NCBI GenBank assembly: GCA_947496065.1
Contig: CANMBF010000010.1
Span: forward strand, 8,433 to 72,432
DNA length: 64,000 nt
Source: Bacteroidota bacterium
GTDB lineage: Bacteria > Bacteroidota > Bacteroidia > NS11-12g > UBA955
Direction: 5' to 3'
The notes under the pieces were generated by a model. That model was given only the letters and a program-made list of their open reading frames with translations. It was not told where the DNA came from and did not search any database. Shown piece after piece: positions 35,055 to 45,406 of this stretch. Each line of letters starts with the position of its first letter. The first letter of the stretch is position 1. Position numbers and translations under genes: made by a program.

Positions 35055-35117
35055 AGTCACTGTCTTCAAATTTGCGCACCTTTGTAGAACTTGTTTTTAG
35101 CATATTAAAAAATAATG

Positions 35118-35125
35118 TAGGTTTG
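35118..35125 (+). promoter_or_regulatory. -7 box TAGGTTTG upstream of the DUF5686-like gene
   Basis: Perfect match, 9 nt before ATG 35135. Confidence 0.45.
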
Positions 35126-35134
35126 TATTTCACG

Positions 35135-37645
35135 ATGCCAAAACTATTTTTATTCACTTTACTTTTTGTTTCAACTGCTGCACTTGGTCAAACCACCGTT
35201 GTAAAAGGCAAGGTCACTGATTTTATTACAGGTGAGCCATTGACAGGGGTTAATATTTCGATCGACTCAACCGGTGATGGCGGCTCTACAAATTTTGATG
35301 GTCGCTATTCTGTTAAAACCAACAAAGCAGGCGATACCGTTTCTTTTACCTATGTGGGTTATGGGGTTTTAAAATTTAAAATCAATGCAGGCGAAGTGAA
35401 TGTGTTGGATGTAAAATTAAAACCTGCCACCAGAGCCTTTAAAGGCGTTACCGTGTCGAGTAAAGTGAATCGCAGCATACGCATTATTCAAAAAGCACAA
35501 GATGCCAAAGAGAAAAATAACATCGAAAAATTGAACTCTTATGAATGCGAAAATTTTACCAAGATTCAAATTGCCATTAATAATTTATCGGAGCAAAATA
35601 AAAAGTTCAATGTGGTAAAAAAAGTAGAAGGTGCTTTCGATACCATTCGCTCTTTGAGTGATGATTCCACCAAAAAAGTATTGCCTATATTTCTATCTGA
35701 AAATTTGAGTGAGTTTTATTACAATAAAAATCCGAACCGCAGTAAGGAGGTGATATTGGCCTCGCGTGTGAAAGGGGTAGGGGTTGAGGATGGTTCGTTT
35801 TTGTCGCAACTCTTGGGGTCGACTTTTCAACAATACAATTTCAACGATAATATTTTACCCATCCTTCAAAAGAATTTTATCTCGCCCATTAGCAAGTCAT
35901 CGCTCTTATATTACAACTACAAATTAGTGGGTTCGGAGTATCCCTATGGTAGCAATCACAAATTATTTCAAATTGAGGTAACGCCTAAGAATCCATTAGA
36001 CCTCGTTTTTACTGGTTATATTTGGATTGAAGACAGCACCTTCGCTTTGCGCAGATTAACGTTAAGCATCACCAATAAAGCGAATTTAAATTTCGTAGAA
36101 AAATTAAAGATTACACAAGAGTATGAGCCTACCGATGCAGGGGCCTATATACCGGTGAAGAACCGTGTATTAATAGACATTGCAGAACTTTCAAAAAACT
36201 CGCCCGGCATGGTGGCTGTGTTCTCGAGTTCTTCTGAAAAAATTGTCACCAACAAAGAACGCAGTGCTAAATTTTTTGATTATCCCATCAAACTGAATGA
36301 AGATGCAACTGTCAAGTCGGATGCCTATTGGGATACCTCGCGCCACGAAGATTTAACGGTAGATGAGAAACGCGCATTGGCAAAAATTGATACGGTCACC
36401 AATATAAAAATTGTAAAAAATTATGTTGAACTCATCAATATTATTTTCAATGGTTATAAGAAAATTGGCAAGTTGGATTTTGGTCCCTATGCATTGATTT
36501 ATGGTTATAATGCAATCGAAGGGAGCAAGATTCGTGTGGGTGCAAGAACCAATTTTTCGTTTAGCAAAAAAATGACCCTAAGTGGATATATGGCCTATGG
36601 TATGCAAGATTTAGTAGGGCAACAATGGAAATACAAAGGGCAATTTGAATCGGTTTTGAATCGCAAACATTGGACCACTGCGGGGGCTTCTTATAAAAAA
36701 GATGTAGAACAAATAGGCGTTTCGGATGATTATTATGGCGCCAGTAATTTATATACGGCTGTTTCTGTTTTTGGTGCCAGTCAGCTGAACCGCACCAAAG
36801 AAGCCAAGCTGTGGGCCACCAGCGAATTCATTAGAGGGTGGAATGCCAAGATTGTTTTTTTACACAAAGAGTTTCAATTCGAGCAAGTCAAAAAATTTAA
36901 TTTTGTGTATGGCGAAAATTTATCGGATACCTCCATTAAGTCGAGCAACTTTACCAATGCAGCCATTACCCTGGGCTTGCGTTGGGCTCCCAAAGAATAT
37001 TATTTACAAAACGACAACGAACGTGTGCGACAAACCAGGCCAGGTGCCTTGGCCCTGTCGTTAAATTATACCCGCGGAATCAAAGGTTTGTTTGGTTCGC
37101 GGTTCGATTATAATCGATTGACTGCAACAGTCGAAAAAGGCTTAAGCTTTGGCTACTGGGGACGCACCGATTTTACTTTATCGGGCACCAAAATATTCGA
37201 GCGTTTGCCTTATCCGTTGTTAGAGGTTCACCGCGGTAACCAATCGTTTTTTTATAGCACCACTTCTTATAATTTGATGAACTTTTTTGAATTTGTAACC
37301 GATCAAAGTTTATTTTTTAAAATGGAGCACCATTTCAATGGGGCTTTGTTAAACAGAATTCCTTTGATGAAAAAATTAAAATGGAGAGAGTTTGTAGAAG
37401 GTCGTGCAGTTATGGGTAGCATTAGCAAAGCCAATACCTCTTTCTATCCACAGTATGATAATCGAAGTGTTCCTGTAAGTGCGATAGATAATCAAATAAA
37501 CAGAGAACCTTATGCTGAAGTGGCCTATGGTATAGAAAATATTTTTAAAATTTTGCAAGTAGCGGCTGTTCATCGCTTAACACACTTAAATAATCCTGGA
37601 GCACGCAGGTTCGGTATCAAATTTGGATTCAGTGTTTCATTTTAA
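35135..37645 (+). CDS. CarboxypepD_reg-like plus DUF5686-like outer-membrane protein
   Basis: Signal peptide, TVVKGKVTD...GVNISI carboxypeptidase-regulatory fold, and a long beta-rich C-terminal region ending FGFSVSF. Confidence 0.55.
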   Translation: MPKLFLFTLLFVSTAALGQTTVVKGKVTDFITGEPLTGVNISIDSTGDGGSTNFDGRYSVKTNKAGDTVSFTYVGYGVLKFKINAGEVNVLDVKLKPATRAFKGVTVSSKVNRSIRIIQKAQDAKEKNNIEKLNSYECENFTKIQIAINNLSEQNKKFNVVKKVEGAFDTIRSLSDDSTKKVLPIFLSENLSEFYYNKNPNRSKEVILASRVKGVGVEDGSFLSQLLGSTFQQYNFNDNILPILQKNFISPISKSSLLYYNYKLVGSEYPYGSNHKLFQIEVTPKNPLDLVFTGYIWIEDSTFALRRLTLSITNKANLNFVEKLKITQEYEPTDAGAYIPVKNRVLIDIAELSKNSPGMVAVFSSSSEKIVTNKERSAKFFDYPIKLNEDATVKSDAYWDTSRHEDLTVDEKRALAKIDTVTNIKIVKNYVELINIIFNGYKKIGKLDFGPYALIYGYNAIEGSKIRVGARTNFSFSKKMTLSGYMAYGMQDLVGQQWKYKGQFESVLNRKHWTTAGASYKKDVEQIGVSDDYYGASNLYTAVSVFGASQLNRTKEAKLWATSEFIRGWNAKIVFLHKEFQFEQVKKFNFVYGENLSDTSIKSSNFTNAAITLGLRWAPKEYYLQNDNERVRQTRPGALALSLNYTRGIKGLFGSRFDYNRLTATVEKGLSFGYWGRTDFTLSGTKIFERLPYPLLEVHRGNQSFFYSTTSYNLMNFFEFVTDQSLFFKMEHHFNGALLNRIPLMKKLKWREFVEGRAVMGSISKANTSFYPQYDNRSVPVSAIDNQINREPYAEVAYGIENIFKILQVAAVHRLTHLNNPGARRFGIKFGFSVSF

Positions 37646-37652
37646 AACCCCT

Positions 37653-38408
37653 ATGAAAGTATTAATTGTCATTCCTTCGCGCTATGGTTCCACCCGATTC
37701 GAGGGCAAACCCTTGATTGACATTCACGGTAAATCGCTGGTGCAACGCACCTATTTACAAGCCATGAAAGCCAAATTAGATGCGAAAGTTGTAGTGGCTA
37801 CCGATGATGATAAAATATATGCCCATGTAAAAACCTTTGGGGAGTGTACCATGACCTCAGCGCATCACATTAGCGGCACCGACCGTTGTTTCGAGGTGGC
37901 AGATGTGTTACAATACGATTTCGATGTGCTCATTAATTTGCAAGGCGATGAGCCTTTTATATTGCCCGAGCAGATAGAAGCTTTGGCAGCAGCGTTCGAA
38001 GATTCAACAGTAGATATTGCCACTTTAAAAAAGGCCATTAAAAGCAGCGATGATTTATTCAATGCCAACATGGTGAAAGTGATTAGTGGAGCAGACGATA
38101 CCGCCATTTATTTTTCGAGGCAAGCCATCCCCCATGTAAGAGGTGTAGAACAAACTGAATGGGTGAACCATTTTGCCTATTTCCGCCATGTGGGTATGTA
38201 TGCGTTTAAGCGCTCTGCCATTGCGCAACTGCAACAGTTAAAGCCCAGTGCTTTGGAGTTGTCAGAAAGTTTAGAGCAATTGCGTTGGTTGGAGAACGGC
38301 TTTAAAATAAAAGTTTTAAAAACTGATTTTGTGAGTCCAGCCATTGACACGCCTGCCGATTTGGTAGCTGTTGAAAATTTCTTGAAAAGCTATCCCGAGT
38401 TGATTTAA
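37653..38408 (+). CDS. kdsB: 3-deoxy-manno-octulosonate cytidylyltransferase
   Basis: The N-terminus IPSRYGSTRFEGKPL and the LQGDEP motif. Confidence 0.9.
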   Translation: MKVLIVIPSRYGSTRFEGKPLIDIHGKSLVQRTYLQAMKAKLDAKVVVATDDDKIYAHVKTFGECTMTSAHHISGTDRCFEVADVLQYDFDVLINLQGDEPFILPEQIEALAAAFEDSTVDIATLKKAIKSSDDLFNANMVKVISGADDTAIYFSRQAIPHVRGVEQTEWVNHFAYFRHVGMYAFKRSAIAQLQQLKPSALELSESLEQLRWLENGFKIKVLKTDFVSPAIDTPADLVAVENFLKSYPELI

Positions 38409-38520
38409 TTAAAAGTCGTACCTTCGCTACCCGATTAGTTGGTTCATCTGTGAGCTGAATTTTATAGTTTTTTCAAACTTTAGGAATTAGGGTCGGCAGC
38501 TAAATAATCATTCAAAATAG

Positions 38521-40134
<1,614 letters not shown>

Positions 40135-40495
40135 TTGGCAATTGGCAGTTTGCAGTTGGCAAAAGGGGAAGTGCTACTACCGATGGTTTGTAGTATGTCG
40201 GAGGTTGTGCTTTTGTGATGGTTTTTGAAGGCATTAGCAAGAAGAGAATATTGTACTTGGTTGCCCACCGAAAAATTGCAATTTATGGTTTTAATTTCAA
40301 TAGAAGATTTAACCACCTTTCTAAAAACGAAGCCCTCTAAAAAAACATACCAATCGGTCGGTTTCTTACATTTTATGATTTTTGTATTTTAAAATTTAAA
40401 AATTTTCTCCTGCTTACAGTCCACACTATAACGAAGCTACTAAGCACCAAACAACAACAAACTATTTGGAAGCAACAAACCCTGCTGCCTCAGGC

Positions 40496-40963
40496 CTACA
40501 GTTCCCCAAAGAGTTCAACAAGCTTCTTATGTCTGTAATCAAACACTTGTTTTAATTTGTTTTTTACAACCAAGGTGTTCATTAGCTGACCTAAAGGACC
40601 GAAAGGAATTTTGTAATGAACGATATCGTCCATTTGTATACCGCCTTCTATGGTTTTGATATGGTGCTGGTGGTGCCAAAGGCTGTAAGGACCGAAGCGC
40701 TGCTCATCGATAAAATATTTAAGATTTTCTACATGTGTTATTTCGGTGACCCATTCCATTTTGATGCCGGCCAAAGGTTTTACATTGTAAGTAATAATTT
40801 GCCCCGCATACATTTTGTCATCGGGCTTTACACCATTGGTGATTTCAAAACCCATATCGTCTGGGGTAATGGTTTCGAGGTTATAGGGCGATGATATAAA
40901 GTCCCAAGCGGCTTGTAAAGAGATGGGTAAATTTTGTGTCGTTTTTATTTGGTAGATGGCCAT
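40496..40963 (-). CDS. SRPBCC-superfamily protein
   Basis: About 155 aa with a START/Bet v1-like pattern. ATG 40963 is preferred over GTG 41002. Confidence 0.5.
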   Translation of the reverse strand: MAIYQIKTTQNLPISLQAAWDFISSPYNLETITPDDMGFEITNGVKPDDKMYAGQIITYNVKPLAGIKMEWVTEITHVENLKYFIDEQRFGPYSLWHHQHHIKTIEGGIQMDDIVHYKIPFGPLGQLMNTLVVKNKLKQVFDYRHKKLVELFGEL

Positions 40964-41077
40964 GCTTGTAATGACAAATGAAAGGGCAGTTTTGTTTAGC
41001 ACATTGCATAAAAATAAGTGAATTCAAAATTTGTAATAACTGTAACTTGATACTAAATTTGATATCGATTATTAAAG

Positions 41078-41605
41078 ATGTCAGCGAGACTTAAAAATTT
41101 TGACTATTCTTCTCCTGGGGATTATTTCATCACTATCATTACGAAAAACAGAGTGCATTATTTTGGCCAAATTAAAGCTCCACCAATTGAAAATACAGAA
41201 ATTAATGAGTCGAAAATGTTGTTAAATGCTATTGGGTTAAGGGCGCACCAATGTTTACAAGAATTAAATCATCATTTTAGCAATGCCATAATTGATGAAT
41301 TTATTGTAATGCCTGACCATGTCCATTTTATTTTGAGTATAAAAAAACCAAACACATTAGATGCAATTATTCAAAAGGAATTTAAATCCAATCGATTTTC
41401 AAGACCAGTTGCAGGCTCAGTGTCTGTTATTGTTCAACAATTCAAGGCCGAAGTGAAACGGTGGTGTGGTAAAAATGGGTTTGAAGCGTTTCAATGGCAA
41501 CCAAGGTTTTACGACCGATTGATAAGAGATTATCGAGAATTTGCCAATGTAAAGAAGTATATCCAAGAGAATCCCAAAAAATGGGGTAAAAAAAAATCCA
41601 AATAA
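41078..41605 (+). CDS. IS200/IS605-type HUH/Y1 transposase homolog, RAYT-like
   Basis: HUH motif PDHVHFIL (H81-V-H83), catalytic-Tyr region WQPRFYDRLIRD (Y145), and a C-terminal YIQENPKKW. There is no partner tnpB. Confidence 0.75.
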   Translation: MSARLKNFDYSSPGDYFITIITKNRVHYFGQIKAPPIENTEINESKMLLNAIGLRAHQCLQELNHHFSNAIIDEFIVMPDHVHFILSIKKPNTLDAIIQKEFKSNRFSRPVAGSVSVIVQQFKAEVKRWCGKNGFEAFQWQPRFYDRLIRDYREFANVKKYIQENPKKWGKKKSK

Positions 41606-41611
41606 ACCGCC

Positions 41612-41741
41612 TGTCACACCAACATACGTGTTACATCATCACACTTGCTACACCATCATGCCCATTACACGATCATCTCTGTTACACCATCAAACGTGTT
41701 AAACGAGCAAACCTGTTACACCAGCATATATGATGGTGTAC
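41612..41741 (+). repeat. Seven exactly phased 17-bp direct repeats (consensus TGTTACACCATCA + 4 nt) plus a terminal inverted copy
   Basis: Unit starts at 41612, 41629, 41646, 41663, 41680, 41697 and 41714. The inverted TGATGGTGTAC at 41731-41741 pairs with unit 7. Confidence 0.9.
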
Positions 41742-42094
41742 TATCGCGCCAATCCCAAATACTCTCTCACTTTTCCCGGCAAACTATTCCTTACCAAATC
41801 ATAGCTATGATCGATCAATTCCATCACGAATGATTCTTTCAACCCATCGAGTGTCACCGTGTTCCAATGGGTTTTGTTCATGTGGTAACCATGTTTTATT
41901 TGTTCGTATTCTTCTCTTAATAATACAGCGCGCTCGGGGTCGCATTTGAGATTAATGCTTACAAAGTTATCGATGCTGCAGAGGGCGAATAATTTACCAC
42001 CTACTTTCATTACGAGGGTATCGGGACCGAAGGGGAGGTCCTCGGAAGTGCCGGGTTTGCTGAGGCAGTAGTTTCTGTAGTGTTCGATGTCCAT
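41741..42094 (-). CDS. MmcQ/YjbR-family DNA-binding protein
   Basis: MDIEHYRNYCLSKPG...PFGPDTLVMKVGGKLFA...HMNKTHWNTV is typical of the family. The ORF-track N-terminal extension is rejected. Confidence 0.75.
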   Translation of the reverse strand: MDIEHYRNYCLSKPGTSEDLPFGPDTLVMKVGGKLFALCSIDNFVSINLKCDPERAVLLREEYEQIKHGYHMNKTHWNTVTLDGLKESFVMELIDHSYDLVRNSLPGKVREYLGLAR

Positions 42095-42111
42095 GGGGAG
42101 GATTACTTTTA

Positions 42112-42119
42112 CAAACATA
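42112..42119 (-). promoter_or_regulatory. -7 box upstream of the yjbR-like gene, duplicated at 42464-42471
   Basis: The plus strand reads CAAACATA, 17 nt before ATG 42094. An identical box lies in the second copy of the tandem duplication. Confidence 0.45.
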
Positions 42120-42334
42120 GAAAGAAAACCATTAAACACAAAGCGAAGCTTCATTGATGCCATATTAAAAAAAATAAAAAAATCAATATAAGACACACAA
42201 TTTTTTTTGAGCAGTGTTTTGCGGATTGAAATTTGATTAAGGGTTTTTTAAATAGTTTTAGAATGAATGATGCTTTTTAAAAGTTCATACCGCGAAGCAG
42301 CATTGATGCCTTAAAAAAAACAATAAACAAATCA

Positions 42335-42377
42335 ATATAAGGGCTTTTTTACTGTGTAAAAAATGGGCTTGCGAATT
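42335..42377 (+). repeat. Family D element
   Basis: ATATAAGGGCTTTTTTACTGTGTAAAAAATGGGCTTGCGAA. Confidence 0.7.
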
Positions 42378-42629
42378 ACTTAGTTGTATTTAATTCCTAT
42401 TGAGAGGTTTGCTGAGGCAGTAGTTTCTGTAGTGTTCGATGTCCATGGGGAGGTTTACTCTTACAAACATAGAAAGAAAACCATTAAACACAAAGCGAAG
42501 CTTCATTGATGCCATATTAAAAAAAATAAAAAAATCAATATAAGAAGCATAAGTTTTTTTTTGAGGACTTTGGGTTTCAAATAACAGTTATAGGTTGAAT
42601 CAAGTGTGATAGATATAACTAAACTTTCA

Positions 42630-42678
42630 AAAGAGCATATAAGGGCTTTTTTACTTTGTAAAAAAGTTGGCTTGCGAA
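42630..42678 (+). repeat. Family D element
   Basis: AAAGAGCATATAAGGGCTTTTTTACTTTGTAAAAAAGTTGGCTTGCGAA. Confidence 0.7.
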
Positions 42679-42705
42679 AATGCGTGATTTTTTTTCCAAA
42701 TTGTC

Positions 42706-42745
42706 ACACTGAGCTTGTCCGATAGCTATCGGACGAAGTGCGACT
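42706..42745. repeat. GTCACACTGAGC...TCCGATAGCTATCGGA...CGAAG element
   Basis: Same skeleton, in reverse complement, as 18243-18285 and 48853-48890. Confidence 0.7.
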
Positions 42746-42863
42746 AGCAACTATGTGTACCTGCTATGAAGTTGCATTGGTCTCATTAAAAAATTCATAA
42801 AGCACCATTTTTCTTTGTTAAATTTCTGTTCAATACTTTAAATTATTTGTCTTCGTAAAGGGT

Positions 42864-42871
42864 TAAATTTG
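42864..42871 (+). promoter_or_regulatory. -7 box TAAATTTG, 4 nt before purD ATG 42876
   Basis: Perfect match. The A of the ATG is 5 nt after the box's G. Confidence 0.45.
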
Positions 42872-42875
42872 CGCC

Positions 42876-44165
42876 ATGAATATTTTGATTCTTGGCAGTG
42901 GTGGACGTGAGCATGTGTTCGCTAAAAAGATAAGTGAAAGTACCCTTTGCGATCAACTCTTTATTGCACCAGGCAATGCGGGTACTGCGCTTTGTGGCGA
43001 AAATTTGAACTTTGCTGTAACCGATTTTCAAATTATTAAGACGGTGTGTTTGGATAAAAAAATTGATTTGATTTTACCCGGTGGAGAAGATTCATTGGTA
43101 GCTGGTATAACAGATTTTATAAAAGCAGATGCACAATTGAATCATATACTGGTGGCTGGTCCTTCTAAGGCTGGTGCCATGATAGAAGGCAGTAAAGATT
43201 TCTCTAAAATATTCATGCAGAAGTACAATGTGCCAACTGCCGCTTATCAAACATTTAACAATGCCAGTATAGCCGAAGGGCAAAGTTTTTTGAGTACACT
43301 TAAGCCTCCTTTTGTATTAAAGGCCGATGGTTTAGCTGCCGGTAAAGGTGTTTTGATTATTGATGATTTAAAAGAAGCCCAAGAGAGTTTAGCAGAAATG
43401 CTGAATGGTAAATTTGGTAAGGCTAGCGATAAAGTTGTAGTAGAAGAATTTTTAGATGGCATTGAAATGAGTTGCTTTGTTTTAAGCGATGGTACCAACT
43501 ACGTGATATTGCCAGAGGCCAAAGATTATAAAAGAATTGGCGAAGGTGATAAGGGGTTGAATACAGGTGGTATGGGCGCTGTGTCGCCAGTGCCTTTTGC
43601 CAATGCAGAGTTTTTAAATAAAGTAGAAACCCAAGTGATAATTCCAACAGTGAATGGATTGAAGTCCGAAGGTATCGATTACCATGGATTTATTTTTATT
43701 GGTCTAATGAAGGTAGGCAGCGAGCCTTTCGTCATAGAATACAATTGCCGCATGGGCGATCCTGAAACCGAAGTGGTGTTGCATCGCGTAGAAAACGATT
43801 TGGTAGAATTGTTAAAAGCCACCTGTACGGGCGACCTAAAAAATATAAAAATGCAAATCAATGCGGCCACTGCAACAACAGTATTCTTAGTATCTGGTGG
43901 TTATCCCGAATCCTTCGAAAAGGGTTACGAGATAGCGCATATTGATGCGGTGAATGATACAACTGTATACCATGCAGGTACCAAAAATGAAGGTGGTAAA
44001 ATTCTGACCAATGGCGGTCGTGTGATAGCCCTTACTTCAACAGGTAGTAACATGAAAGAGGCCATTGCCAAATCGATGCAAGCAGCCGATTTGATTCAAT
44101 ACACCAATAAATATTACAGAAAAGACATTGCACAAGATTTAATACAATACCATGAACACATTTAA
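42876..44165 (+). CDS. purD: Phosphoribosylamine--glycine ligase
   Basis: MNILILGSGGREH N-terminus, ATP-grasp fold, and the EYNCRMGDPE motif. Confidence 0.95.
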   Translation: MNILILGSGGREHVFAKKISESTLCDQLFIAPGNAGTALCGENLNFAVTDFQIIKTVCLDKKIDLILPGGEDSLVAGITDFIKADAQLNHILVAGPSKAGAMIEGSKDFSKIFMQKYNVPTAAYQTFNNASIAEGQSFLSTLKPPFVLKADGLAAGKGVLIIDDLKEAQESLAEMLNGKFGKASDKVVVEEFLDGIEMSCFVLSDGTNYVILPEAKDYKRIGEGDKGLNTGGMGAVSPVPFANAEFLNKVETQVIIPTVNGLKSEGIDYHGFIFIGLMKVGSEPFVIEYNCRMGDPETEVVLHRVENDLVELLKATCTGDLKNIKMQINAATATTVFLVSGGYPESFEKGYEIAHIDAVNDTTVYHAGTKNEGGKILTNGGRVIALTSTGSNMKEAIAKSMQAADLIQYTNKYYRKDIAQDLIQYHEHI

Positions 44166-44748
44166 TCATAAAATTCGCAGAAAACATTTAGCCAATCGCT
44201 TATTAAATTATTTTTTTAAAGGCCTGCTGATCAGCATTCCTTTGGCTGCAACTTATTTCATGATTGCATGGTTGTTTCAGGCCGTTGATAATATTATAGG
44301 CAAAGACCACCTGCCAGGTATAGGCATTCTAATTATTGTGTCCTTTATTTTGGTGGTAGGTTGGATAGGCTCGAGTTATTTAGTGCAACCTTTTATCAAT
44401 TGGTTTGACGATTGGATGGAGAAAACACCAGGCGTTAAATTTTTATACTCTTCTGTCAAAGATATCATGGAAGCTTTTGTAGGTGAAAAGAAAAAGTTTT
44501 CAGAACCAGTTGTGGTTGAGGTTGGTGGAGAAGGCATTTATAAAATAGGTTTCATTACCAGAAAAGACATGGCGAAAATTGGTATGCCCGATTATTGTGG
44601 GGTGTATTTTCCAAAGTCTTATGGATTCGTGGGTGATTTGTTGTTGGTGCGCTTAGACAAAGTAAAACCCATACAAGCCAATTCAACCGAAGTGTTTAAG
44701 ATGATTGTTTCTGGTGGCGTAACTGGGATCGGAGACCAAGTCGACTGA
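44152..44748 (+). CDS. DUF502-like membrane protein
   Basis: Two N-terminal TM helices followed by a soluble domain. Overlaps purD by 14 nt. Confidence 0.55.
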   Translation: MNTFNHKIRRKHLANRLLNYFFKGLLISIPLAATYFMIAWLFQAVDNIIGKDHLPGIGILIIVSFILVVGWIGSSYLVQPFINWFDDWMEKTPGVKFLYSSVKDIMEAFVGEKKKFSEPVVVEVGGEGIYKIGFITRKDMAKIGMPDYCGVYFPKSYGFVGDLLLVRLDKVKPIQANSTEVFKMIVSGGVTGIGDQVD

Positions 44749-45406
44749 ACCATTGGTATAAGCCTATGCAAAGGCTGAGCATGGTAAGGTTGTAAATAAA
44801 ATCTTCGACAGGAATGCTGCCAATTCTTAAATCTATTTGCTGTGTAACATCATAATATACCACTGGCTTGGCGGTAAGTAATCCATTAACAATTAGCATG
44901 GGAATAATAGAAACAGTGAAGGCAAAATAAAACCAACTCATGTAGCGTTTGCGAAAAACCACCAAATGGGTGCCCATAATAAATGATAAAATAATACAGG
45001 TAATGGCAGTGTATAATTTATCGTTATACCAATACAGCAAAGTAATAGAAATGCCAAAAAAGAATAGGGTAAACCAATGGTGCAAATCTTCGAACAATTC
45101 GCTGTGCTTTACATAAGCCTTAATGACTTCAAAAATAAAGATAGATGCATACGGTACCGTAAAAAAGAACAAGACTTCTTCTGCCGGTAAATGGCCCATA
45201 TAATAGCCCATTAAGTACTTAGCGTTGAAGTCCCAAATATGCATTTGAGTAAACCATTCATCCCATATTAAAAAGAAGGTGGCAGTAACTGCAATGGCAG
45301 GAAATAAATATTTCCATCGTTTGTAAAAAGCTACTTTTTTATCGAATGAAAGCAGCAAGGGAAAAAGAAGGGTGAGTATGTTAATCCAGAGATAAAGGCT
45401 ATTCAT
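44696..45406 (-). CDS. Lycopene cyclase domain protein (fused CrtYc/d-type)
   Basis: Polytopic membrane protein with two PxE(E/D) motifs (LPAEEV, IPVEDF). The ATG at 45406 overlaps the sigma-factor stop by 8 nt. Confidence 0.6.
   Translation of the reverse strand: MNSLYLWINILTLLFPLLLSFDKKVAFYKRWKYLFPAIAVTATFFLIWDEWFTQMHIWDFNAKYLMGYYMGHLPAEEVLFFFTVPYASIFIFEVIKAYVKHSELFEDLHHWFTLFFFGISITLLYWYNDKLYTAITCIILSFIMGTHLVVFRKRYMSWFYFAFTVSIIPMLIVNGLLTAKPVVYYDVTQQIDLRIGSIPVEDFIYNLTMLSLCIGLYQWFSRLGLRSQLRHQKQSS

Larger units (their letters stand above)
42054..42700. repeat. Tandem duplication of about 352 bp covering the yjbR-like 5' end, its promoter and upstream elements
   Basis: 42054-42193 is nearly identical to 42406-42545. 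Downstream parts are diverged but collinear. Confidence 0.85.

Noticed and set aside
41645-41833. 62-aa ORF overlapping the 17-bp repeat array and the 3' end of the yjbR-like gene.
   Set aside because: Its His/Thr-rich sequence is produced by the repeats, and it is antisense to a well-supported gene.
40135-42875. The pyrG-purD interval (SRPBCC, RAYT-like, yjbR-like, duplications) as a genomic island or integrated mobile element.
   Set aside because: I could identify no integrase, no tRNA target and no flanking direct repeats. It is better described as a small accessory, repeat-rich islet.
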